A DNA stretch of 64,000 nt. Source: Paraphysomonas bandaiensis. Taxonomy: Eukaryota; Protista; Chrysophyceae. The stretch is from NCBI GenBank assembly GCA_965644295.1, contig CBFFRP010000269.1, positions 6,558 to 70,557 on the forward strand. The letters run 5' to 3'. Under the pieces are notes generated by a model that was given only the letters and a program-made list of their open reading frames with translations, was not told where the DNA came from and searched no databases. The translations under genes were made by a program, and so were the position numbers. Of this stretch, positions 37,832-49,345 are shown piece by piece; position 1 is the first letter of the stretch; each line of letters starts with the position of its first letter.

Positions 37832-40800
37832 CTATGAAAATGCCTTGCCCCACATTTTCTTCTCTTTTTCTTTCTCTTTTTGAATTAGTCTCTTAACTCT
37901 CTCCATGGCCTTTACAACAGCCTTGTCCTCCGTAGGAGAGTGCTCACTTGCTTTTTTAATATCTTCAAATGCCTTATCGTAATCCTTCTTAGCTTCATAC
38001 GCAGCAGATCTTCGAAAGTAAGCCTTCACAGATGTCGGCGATATCTCCAGTGCATCAGTAGAATATCTAATAGCCTACGAGCACACAATAATAAAACTAA
38101 AATATTTCAGAGGTATGTTGATTTACATTATCATAATTCTCTAACTTGAGGTAGCACTGTGTAAGGTTCAAGAATATAGAGAGCTTCACCTGAAAGATAT
38201 GTCAAAAACTAAAAAACATCCCTCAATGGTATACCATATACATCTACTTACTTGGTTGACTTCCTCTTTGTCCTCAGGAGAAAGATCAAAGAACTTGGCT
38301 GCATGGGTTAAAGCCTTCTGGTAACGAGCAGCTGCGGGTCGAATGTTGCCCCTGAAATAGCATGTAAGTGCCAAAAATCAACGAAATAATTTTTATTCTC
38401 ACCCTTTGAACAACTCCGTGCCTTCCTCTTTATTTTTAGTTACAAGCCTCATGCGGTCGGCCTTCTTGAGCTTTCTGAAATCATGGTCCTCATCCTCTCC
38501 ACCCTCCGCCTCTCTGAACATATGTTAACTTGGATATACTAAAACGATTTTCGTAAACATACTTTTGCGCAGCTGCAGCTGCAGCATCAGCAGCAAGTGT
38601 TTGCTCCAGCCTTAACTTATCATCAGCAGTCGCAGCCAAATACGAACTACAGAGACCGCCTTCACGTTTCACAGGAGCGCCTTCACCTTCACCTGCTACC
38701 TCAGTGCCTTCAAGAACGACTTGCAGAGCCGAGTACTTGGATCGAATTTCATCCAGTGATGCGGTCTCGCCGTTGTCCCAAAGCCAGTTCTCGTACTCGT
38801 TAAGGGTATCCGTGAGAGCATTATTATCAATAGTCTCTCCTGTAGAATGAGTATTTACCACTAAATATAAATTGAGTGACGTAACAAACCATGTTTCCTC
38901 TTAGGAGCACCACGCATATCCAATATATAAGCCTCCATCTCGTTACGACAAGATTGTAACTCTCTTATTTCATTGTCTTTTTTCTATAAAACAGTATTAT
39001 TGTCAAACGAAATCAATAGGGAAATAATTGAACGAAATTAAACTCGTGAATTTAGACTTTCTATTCTTTGTGGCTCACCTGCATTGCCAGCTCTGCCACT
39101 CTAGCGACCACAAGCTGCTCTGTAGAGAGGCCATTCGATTCGTCTGTTGAGAGTGAAGTTGGCTCTGCGTCTGCAGTTGCATCACTTTCGGTGGCCTCAC
39201 TGCTAGCACTACCTATAACACGTGGTCACAACGCATACGCATTATAATATAAATATAGAGTACCTGTTGTGGCGGAAGAAGTAGCCTCATTAGCAAGAAG
39301 AGCAGCACCCACAGCCACACTGCCATCATCTAATTTCGCTCCCAAGGGTAGCTCCTGAAAAAAACGATCAGGAAGCTTTCTATGTCAAACAATACAACAC
39401 ACCTTTCCTAGGGAAGCAAGGATAGCATCTTGTACAACTTGCATACGCACACCTCCACCAGCGACCTCCACAGCCACCACCTGAACTCCCTCAAGAGCCC
39501 TTCCTAGAAGTTCTTTGAAGTTATTCAGCTGTTCCGCGCACACACGTGACATGTCATCTCTGGTCATGCTCACGGTTACATCCCCTGCGTCAGTCATGTT
39601 TTCAACAGTCACGCTAGAAGTAGGTAGCTGAGAAAGCAGCTTGCGAAGTTTTTCACAAGAGCGCAATAGACGTAGACCGCGCTTAGATCCAGGCACAATC
39701 TACGCCAATACAAAGTCAACATACATTACAACAGTAGTCGGTAAAATGCGCACAGATCCAAGCAACATAATGTATAGTCAGAGTTATATACCTGGCACCC
39801 GTGCTTCTGTTCTATCTGTGCAGCAAGGTGGGTGAACAGTGCAAGATCAAAATAGTGGGCTCCTATAGATGCGCTATGCTCGACTCTTTCCACCACTGCA
39901 GTCTGCAAATCAGAATCGACACGTACGACTACGGCAGTAGCATGCATATGTCCCATTTCCACAATGAGAACCGGTTCATTCTGAGAAAGGCAACAAATTA
40001 GATATGTTTATAACTTAAAGTGTGAAGAGTACCTCAAGGAATGACTTCTCAGGGGGCTTTATAGCAGAAAGTTTCCGAGAGTATGCCCTGGCCAGGCAGC
40101 GTGCTGAGTCCACAACGTATACACCTGCCGTTTGTCGGCTAGTTTCCACACCCTCTGCCGATCCTTCCGGCAGTGGGGTAAGGCCAGCGATAGCACAGGC
40201 CTCCCGAACAGCTCTCTCCATCGAAGGAGTATACCCATGGGGCAGTGGAAAAGCAAGAGTTGGAAGAGACTATAAATAACGCTCAGATCAGAACATGAAA
40301 AGGAAAAGGTAAAGAACCTTAGTTTTGTCAACAAGATTAGCGTCAGATATTTCTTGAGCCATCTGGCCGAGGTAAACTCCAAGCACAGAAGTGAGAGAGT
40401 GAGTGACCTGCGACTCACCGCAAGACACCTGTACACCGGCAACACCAGGGCAGGCCTCCACCAATTGGAGTTTAGTATGAGGAATGAAGTCCTGCTGTTG
40501 AATATCGGAAAGAGATTTGCCAATCAAGGTATTGATGAATGGAATGATACCGTCATGCATGAGTTCAGGCGCTGCTTCCTCTCCAACGAGTCGAGAGTTA
40601 CCTACATATATTGAGGTACAGTATTACAGACTACAAGCAGCCCACTAAGTCACATACCAAATAGTACAATGCTCGGGCGGGTTTGAGACCCAGTAGATGT
40701 GAGTACTCTCTCTCCATCATCAGCAAGGATGACAGTTTTCTGAGCCCCTGTATGTGCAAAGATAAGCAGCCAACACACATATACATATATATAAGAGACA

Positions 40801-40860
40801 TCCAATGCATCAATCAATACACTCTACCATACCAATATCAACTCCAACGCTCTGTATCAT
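37832..40860 (-). CDS. Hsp70/Hsp110-like nucleotide-binding domain fused to a C-terminal 3-TPR domain (multi-exon)
   Basis: MIQSVGVDIG start; IGAHYFD, LRLLRSCEKLRKLLS, EVAGGGVRM and AVGAA NBD motifs; Hsp110 lid RNEMEAYI...YENWLWDNG; TPRs KEEGTELFK..YQKAL, LNLTQCYLK, KAYFRR. Confidence 0.88.
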
Positions 40861-41587
40861 CTCAGGGAAGAATATTTATCAATGACCACACAGATATGCC
40901 ACAGTAATGCAATTGTGGCGCTTGTTAAGCGCCAAGCAACTGTTTCTGATGGAAACAATTATAAAATTACATCACCATAAAATTACATTTTACGATATTT
41001 TGTACCATGTTTCTATATTTCTACCTGTTTTACAACCACAAAAGTGGACAAAAAGACAAAACTAACCATATTTTTGTGCGGTTCTGGAACCTTCATTTTT
41101 CTACTTCTTCGAAAACGAAGCGCGGTTTGACCCAATAATTGTGATAAACGGGTGGCGGTACACATGGCTTTTGTGTTTCCATACTAACGGGCTACCAAAC
41201 TAGTGTATACCGTACACAGATAGTGTACTGAAAACCGTTGCTGTGGACTATTATCTTATGCGCACAAGATATGCTCTATCCAGAGCAGATCGTGTTCTAT
41301 GACCATACCTCCTCCGACACAGCAGTGGATGAGCGTCGTTTAGCTAGTATTTGGATTACAATTTCAAGCATATCAAACAATGATTTCTCCTAAATGTGCT
41401 CAGCATCAGCACAAGAATCTATTGGTCTCAGAATATGCTATAACCTATAACCTACTCTAGCAGCCAAATTACGTATACTATGCACCAATACTTTCTTATT
41501 TCCGTAAATATTTTGTGTTTACGGAATATAACTCTCAGAAGGTTTAGCTTATATGTGTATAGTGTAGTATATACATAGTAGTTTGTA

Positions 41588-41798
41588 TTGACAATTGCTC
41601 ATTTTAAGCTAGATCACAGAGAGAATTTGTCGTAAGGCTAGATAGATTTATTAATATTGTTTACACGAAGTTGTATTATGCAGGGATTATAATGAGTTAG
41701 TGTTGGTTATCACAACTTCGTGTAAACAATATTAATAAATCTATCTAGTCTTTCGACAAATTCTCTCTGTGATCTAGCTTAAAATGAGCAATTGTCAA
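41588..41798. mobile_element. Mutator-type MITE (foldback, 211 bp)
   Basis: ~85-bp near-perfect inverted arms with a short spacer. 9-bp TSD TAGTTTGTA at 41579-41587 and 41799-41807. Confidence 0.9.
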
Positions 41799-42109
41799 TA
41801 GTTTGTAGTACTGGACCAGTACTACTGGTTGGTCTTAATTCAGGAACAAGACTGTATTTCATTCGTAAATTAAGTAATTTGCATCAGGAGCCTATATTTA
41901 GATGTAATAGTGGTCTACCTCTAAAAAGGCTGATATTCTAAATATATAATTTAGTATCTGTATAATGTACACTATTATATATAATTACCCGAAGACCTGC
42001 TACAGAGATGCCATCGCTAGATTTACATACTACTCTTATTATTCATACTGAGAAATCATCTATAATGTCTCTAGTATACTGTTAATAAATCTATTAATCA
42101 GCCATATAC

Positions 42110-44614
42110 TCACTCCATACACATATCCTCAACTGAAAATTCGTGCGCCACTCCAATTGTTTGCATAGTATTAAATGTCCCATGACCCCATAATGTGGGT
42201 ACAAACATAATGTCGCCTCCACGCTGCGTGCACAGTCGAGCAACAGGAGTTGAATCATCTTTAGTAATGCTGCCTGATGACCGCGGATCAGTGCGCACGA
42301 AGTCCAGTGCTGGCTTAGTGCTATAGAAGGCATCCTCTGGGGGGAAAAGAAACCACCTCTACAGAGTGCGGTATATCAGAATGAAACATGAAGTAGGAAT
42401 AATCGAGTGAGTTGGGCTAACTAATGCTCTACATATAACCCGTACTATACAGCAAACAAACCTTCTCTCCATGTGCAAGTGAATTCACAGCGTGCCCATG
42501 ATAGTGAACTGGAGCTCCAGTTCCTGCTCCCCCTGGGCTCTTTCATTAGCAAAACGAACCTATGTCAATAGGATACTTACCAAGGTAGAACTGCATTTCT
42601 ACATCCTTCACGAGTCCATTTAGTACTGACGGCAGGCCAACTGCAGTTTCTATCTTCTCTTTCCATTGGGGAAGGGCTACATTAAATGCATACCCCGGAG
42701 GCTCATCAGGGGAAGGAATAGAGGTCTCGCTCCTATCACTTGACAGCGATGCGATCTGGTGACAGCTATAAGACCAGCAATTGTTAATATTGAATTACAC
42801 ATACTTCGTCCAGGGTTTGCATTTGTCCTCTCTTTCCAAAACTTCCGGCATAAGGTATAGCAGATACAGGCATCGACTCGGATCCAAATCGGGAGAGAAA
42901 CTCTGAGCGGGAGAGCACATGCCGCAATGAATCAGAATTATTGGACAGCGCACCACGGAAGATCACTGGCTGGCCTCTCGCCACATATTGGGTATAGAAC
43001 TCTAGTGGTGACGGAACGCCACTCCAAACCTATAGAAACCAGTAACCACGAAAAGCAATTGAACAATTGACATAAAAATTGTACCTCAGGTATGTCACAG
43101 CGATCCCTGTCTCCTAGCAATAGAGGGTCATCAAGCAATGCTGTACTCCATCCGCCATTTTCTCTTTCTGTAACAGGCAAGGCCGATGCATGAACGCCAT
43201 CTGATTCTACCTCCACTTCAAAATGTTTTATGCTATCATTACTGCTTCCATGCCGTTCTGGAGGAATGTGGGAACTAAGTAGTGCACTAAGGTGGGACTC
43301 AGAAACATCCACACCAGCTAGGTCATGCAGCCTCCTCATAGATATAAACACTTTAGATTTAGATCCATATCGCAGCGCAGCGTAAGAAAGAGGAGTGTGG
43401 TCACGACTATCCTTGGCAGAGATAACCTGATAACATGACATCTATCAGGCGTATAACGTCTAGGGTTTTCACAAACAATATTTACAGATTGGTACAAATT
43501 GATGTTTTATAATACTGACGTTCAGTCCATTTTACATCATATATTTTCGCAATATACCTGCGCAAGCAGGCGCTTCCCTTCATCAGATGCTTTGGAGAAT
43601 ATTTCTACAAGGTCTCTCACCATACTTGCCCCACCAGATAAACCAAGCGTGTGCAAAACATTTCGCCCGTTATTTTCACTTGCAACGAGAAGGCTGTGCT
43701 ACCATGTGAATACCAGTAACACATGTCAACCCCGGCAGCTTACCTGCCAATGTGTTCCGAAAGAGTGCCTGGGTCTATAACAGCAAGAGGAGCAGCTAGA
43801 AGGGACCGATGTATAGTACTGGCGACTTCATCAAGGCTCTCCAAGACAGTCATTAAAGGTACGTCAAAACTAGGATCGGTAAATATATCCTCCACAAGCC
43901 CGCTGTACGTGGGACTCATAGCGGCAAGTTCTTGTGAATTGACTGCTGCCTTTGCTCCAACCCCGAGACTGGCTCCTATATTTATGTACTTTATATATAG
44001 GTGCAGACAGTGATATACATACCTGCTAGTAGAGAAAGTACATCTCCAGTGGTAAACTCCTTCCCATCTTTCCGTGCAGATTCCTTCATCTTCTCAATAA
44101 TTGATCCTGCATGTAGGAGAAGTTTCGAGAGTGGGATAGGATCACATGGTACGGAGTACAACTGCTGTAGAGCCAAGGGGCTATTTAGCACAGATCCAGC
44201 TTCTGCTACGCTTTTAGCCAGTCCCATTTCCCTAAGAAGTACAGCCTTGAATAAAACATGGGGGTCATTATTGAATTGAGCGTTGACATCAGCCCCACTA
44301 TCAATTAGCATATGACCAATCTCAACAAGTGTTTTGCGGTCTCTAACATTCCTACTCTGAAAATAAAGGTTGAGTATGTGGTGTAAGATCGGCCTATCTC
44401 CGAACACAGGTTCATTGATCTCCTCCTGTATAAACCATTTCATATATATATCCGTAATATCTCTCTATATCTTCACCTGAGACATATCCTGTATATGAGT
44501 CATAGCGTGTATGAGGTCCATATTTTGGGGGTTAGCTATGTAGTCTTGTACATGATCCCAAGACACAGCACACACTGCAATTAATGCATTCAATGCTAGG
44601 GCAATGCCGAGCAT
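42110..44614 (-). CDS. Signal-peptide ankyrin-repeat + JmjC (JMJD8-like) protein, multi-exon
   Basis: Hydrophobic N-terminus, ankyrin-like LIDSGADVN and HTPLSYAA, JmjC GTGAPVHYHGH..WFLFPP..GDIMFVPTLWGHGTFN. Confidence 0.85.
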
Positions 44615-45059
44615 TGGTGAACAGAAAGAACGTTACTTATGAGACTAAATAGCGAGAAGAAGAGATAGAGTAGTTAGCTCGTCTCTTACTTTAATATTCA
44701 TATATATATATATATATGCCTGTATGTTTGCATTCTTATGTGTACGTATATACTGCTGTATGTATGTACAGCAGTACTACACAAGTAGGAAATCCGTACT
44801 GTTGGAAGTATAGTGGAGTACACTGCTACACCACCATCAAGTGGAAGAATGCCGATTTTATTTTTGAAGTCAAGAAAAGAGAAGCTTGAAGAACATCAAC
44901 AGAACAGCACATCAACATCATACTGCATATGCATATGCATATCCTCACACACATATCTGAATATATGATACTACTATACATAGTGAGGCATAGCATGTGA
45001 GGAGATCTCATATCACATAAGGCTTCACGTTATATTGCTTACTATCCATATATTATACA

Positions 45060-46281
45060 ATGTCACAACATCGTGTACGTAAGGTCATACCCAGTACTCC
45101 TCATAGAGGCTCTGAATCTAAGTCCTTGTCGTCGGGGTCCATCCACCAGTCGGTAGTTGATACTCCAACAACACGGAACTCTCCAGACTATGTACCTCAG
45201 AAGCGAGTAGTGAAGGCTGTAGTCCATGCATTGGAAGACTCAGTGAAGGAAGGAAACATTCCAACAATGGCCAGAGAGAGAGAAATTGTTGGGGCTATAC
45301 GTCAAGTTGGGGTTGATCTGCCTCTACGGCGTGTCTACACTGTGGAGGAGCGCAAGGTGTGTGCTTGTTTTCGTTTCTCTACTTATGTACTTGTCTACGA
45401 TTTATAATATCAATGCATATCAGGCTGCCTTGCTGGAGGGGATCACATCTGCAGTCAAAAAAGAAGCCATACTAGAAAAGTATGGTGTTTCATTGCGAAC
45501 CCAAACCGACGATAGGACAAAGCTCAGGGATATTCTAGGTTTTAAAGATGTGTCCTCTTTTCACAGCTTCTGCAGTGATTCCACCAACTACGGCATGCTG
45601 GAGGAAACCATTGCCGACATGGTCTTTCCGCTTGGTGGTTTCCAGAACCAAGTTTTGGAAGAGCAGCCGGGGACGAAGCGCGTACGGTATAAGGAGGCGA
45701 AAGTGGGGACTCCAGAATACTACAGTCTCATCAGAAGCGCCGCCGCTTATTTCCATGAGAAGAGTATGATCGCCGCCGCCCGTGAGAGTGCTGTGCAGAG
45801 GGCGGAGGAAGCGGAGGCACGCAAGGTATTCATACCTCGAGCAGCACTAACCTGTCTGCCTGCTGGAATAGAAGAGCGAAATGAGCATGCGATGGAGGAG
45901 GATGAAGCCAGTGGCTTGCCCAACACTGGCACCGGGCACCAACACCAAACCCTGGCACGTGAGCGCGCAGGCCCGCAAAAGAAATCCCGCCTGGCGGAGG
46001 AGGAAGTTACCCGAAAAGAGAATCGAATGGTGAAGTCTCGTCAAAACCGGATGATTCTGGAGAACACTTGGCATACCTTGAGGACCAAACTGCTAACAGA
46101 TCCGAGTCTAGACTGGAGGTGTGAGACTCTTTCCAATCTGAAGGCGGCATTCACTTGCTTGCCGAAGTCTACCGCCGTGGTGGACCCTCACATCAAGCGC
46201 AACACCAAGGCATGGTACGTCGCAATGCTTGAAGAACCCATGATGACAGCGCTCGCAGCACACATGCCCCCAAGTGTTTAA
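45060..46281 (+). CDS. Hypothetical protein with psq/CENP-B-like HTH, possibly derived from a pogo-type transposase (2 exons)
   Basis: Spliced YTVEERK|AALLEGITSAVKKEAILEKYGVSLRT resembles HTH_psq. No DDE domain or TIRs recognised. Confidence 0.5.
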
Positions 46282-46682
46282 TTTTTGTAGCTAGATGATA
46301 TCATGTGTGAATTGCACATCTTTACCCCTGTCATGTGTGAAATTCTCACACTATCTTTATCTCATTTATATCATGTTTGAACTGCAAACTGCTCATTATA
46401 ATTTTTTTCTCGTGTACTCGTTATTAATTACTTTCGATACTTGTATTTTATTTGTATTACTACTACTTACTCTTCTACTAGCTAGCTTCGCTAACTAGTT
46501 ATTGAATTGTCACCAACTCAAACTATTGGATTGTTCAACTGGTCGTAAAGCTCAGAAGTTATAATTGTGGCGAATCGCCACTTTCAACAGGACCTCTAGC
46601 TTCATCCCAGTAGAATTGCGAGAGGATCACTATTATTCTGTTACCGTTGCTAACAACATCGCTACCACCTAAAATGTCGGAA

Positions 46683-46896
46683 TTGTTTATTCGTCATAGC
46701 TCAAAGATGTCTACACAAGGGACACCTCTTATTCGTGTCCCTTGTACGACACAAGCATGTGGCTATGAGTGGGCAGAACAATATCTGCTGATTCTGACTA
46801 TATATGCGGCTTACGTTATAGTTTCCCAGAGAAATAGCTCCAATACTTATCCCCCAGAGCACCACGAAAAGGTACGTGTCCGACTTTGTTGAGGGA
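46683..46896 (-). repeat. Dispersed repeat family, copy E (5' half)
   Basis: Reverse complement begins CCCTCAACAAAGTCGGACACGTACC. Contains the perfect hairpin ACAAGGGACAC..GTGTCCCTTGT. Confidence 0.8.
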
Positions 46897-47657
46897 AGAA
46901 ATACTGCAGAGTTGCACGGTTTGTATTACACGTCGTTGTGTGTGCAGCATTTGCGCTAAATTTAGGATTACAGATTAGATTATTCGAATTCATTCCCAGC
47001 GCTATTGAATTAGTATTTTATGTTGCTTGCAAGCGCAGCGTTACATTATGTGTTTTATATTATGTAAAGTGCGTAATGGACTATCATAAAAAATGGACTG
47101 AGAGTGGCCATGCAATGACTGGCACGTGGTTGACTAAAAACAACGGCATTAGTTAGGTATCAATGTCCTAGTGGCAAGTACGACGTTTATAGTGAAAAAT
47201 GCTCACATATGCCCTACAAATTCTTCCAGCAAATCGACTGATCTAATTGCCAATTCGTTGCTATTTCTTCCAATTATGTGCAGTAGGTTCACAAGTAATC
47301 GTTGTGAAAAGTTGTTATAGCAAAAGCTCCACATGGACCATGTCTACTTTCCGCTCTCTGATACCTTCATTCTTCATTGCCTTGTCCATGTCAACTGAAC
47401 CTCCTCAGCAGATGAATATGACCAGTGAAACAGCAATAATACTGACGAAAGGATTACACCATTATTACCAATCAAAAATGTTACGTAGAGGCAAAAATTA
47501 ACTATGAAGAGTTCGAAGTCCTCGATACTACAATCACCCGGACCGCCTTCCTATGAAATATACATTCGATTCATATATCACATACTAAGGAGTCGTAGAC
47601 CAGCACCAATAAAAACAGGATATATCCGTATATACACTAACCGCTTTTCAGTGAATG

Positions 47658-48645
47658 CTAGCTGTCGACCGAGATACTCTTACGTTCCCTGAGGTACTTG
47701 GAGACGTACTCGTACGTGATGAAGGTCGTGGTCGTCGCTGGAATGACACGGATTATATTCAGTTTAAACCCCGACCAAAGGGCGGTCACTCCCTCCTCTT
47801 TGATAATATCTCTGGTTATGCGGATAATAGAGGGGTGTGCTGATCGACTGTCTTGCATGCGAGCCCGCAATACTTCATGTGGGTAAGTCACACAGCAGGC
47901 AGTGATTTTGGCTATCGATGAAGCAAAGAAAAAATCCAGAAAATTAGAGTCGCAACTTTGCTGCTGGGCTTCTGTGCTGTGTTCAATTTCCCAGCGGAGG
48001 TTGTCGCGTGACCATCCCTTGAGGAACTCATACAATGGGAACTGAATGGCAACATGTGGAAGACCAAGGAAAGAGGCTGTGAGACCTTTATAAAAGGCGA
48101 GTGGGCCTTCCTCTCGGAAAATAGTCATGAACATTCCAGGGGTAGTGACACGGGCAGATGAAGAGGCTAAGTGAGACTCTGGGTGCATAACGAGAGTTTG
48201 TATGCGAGTCCTTACGACCCAAAAAGGATTCGTAATAAAATCCGCAATTCCCCCCGATACACCAGCAGCTGTGATGTGCAGTAGATGGGGGGATATGGTG
48301 GGATACTCTTTATGTAGATATACCTTCATATTCTCATACGAGTACCAGTATATGCTCCAGAACAGTGGCACATTGAATAGGGCAGTGCCAAGACCCTTGA
48401 ACAATCCCCGCGCCCCTTCGGCCTTGTATATTCCTCGAATGGCTCCGAAAGTACCCTTATAGGCTTTCAGCTTCAATGACCCCTGAACCTGCTGTCGAAC
48501 CTACAGAACATATGAGAGGATCACATATATTGACAGGGATGGAATAAACCTTCGCGATATCTAGAGGAGCACATAGTATACTACAGACAACACCCGCACA
48601 TGCGCCTGATACCAAACTATTCACAGCAAGAGATTCGCCTTCCAT
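47658..48645 (-). CDS. Mitochondrial carrier (SLC25), NAD+/folate-FAD carrier subfamily (2 exons)
   Basis: Three carrier signatures PLDIAKVR, PFWVVRTR and PHEVLRAR, plus HVAIQFPLYE. Confidence 0.9.
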
Positions 48646-48763
48646 CAGTCCCTAGAATTTAAATACTAGGAGAAAGTGGAGACTGATATCGTCTGCTCTA
48701 AAGCGATGTTTGCATATTGGTGTGATGGTTTGTATGACCCACCTGAGGTTGAAATCAAAATTT

Positions 48764-48832
48764 GTACATACATACGCGGTACATACATACGGTACATACA
48801 TACGGTACATACATACGGTACATACATACGGT
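48764..48832. repeat. 13-bp minisatellite (GTACATACATACG)n
   Basis: About five tandem units, in the divergent gap between 48645(-) and 49346(+). Confidence 0.9.
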
Positions 48833-49345
48833 GGTGTACACAACACATCTGTATATACGTCGAGTAGAGTTGTGTGTATGGACTGCTGTGTTTGCATACA
48901 TTCACTCGTACAGCAGTACAATGCTACAGTATACTCTGTATACTCTGTATACACTTCAGTTGTTGATGGTATACGTAAAATACGGCTCTGCACCCTCCAC
49001 ACCAGCCGTTTCGTGTGTCCAAAGATGACCACAGCCATACACATCTGTACTCGTTCATATATACAGCAGTACATATACAAGATATCATTCTACTGTACTG
49101 ATGATGGTGATGTTATGCCCATAGTCTCTCCCTGATGTACTGCTGTACTCTATATAGGTAGGTACACTGTAGATACACCAGCAGTGTGTATGATATGCAA
49201 CCACCTGCCATCGTCAGCTAAGAGAACCTTTGGAGAAGATGCTTGGTGTTGCGCATTATTAATAGAATGTTAACAGTGTCGCCCTAATTGAACACAATCA
49301 CTATGATATCATCTGAGTAGTCGATTATATTATTATATATTTAAT

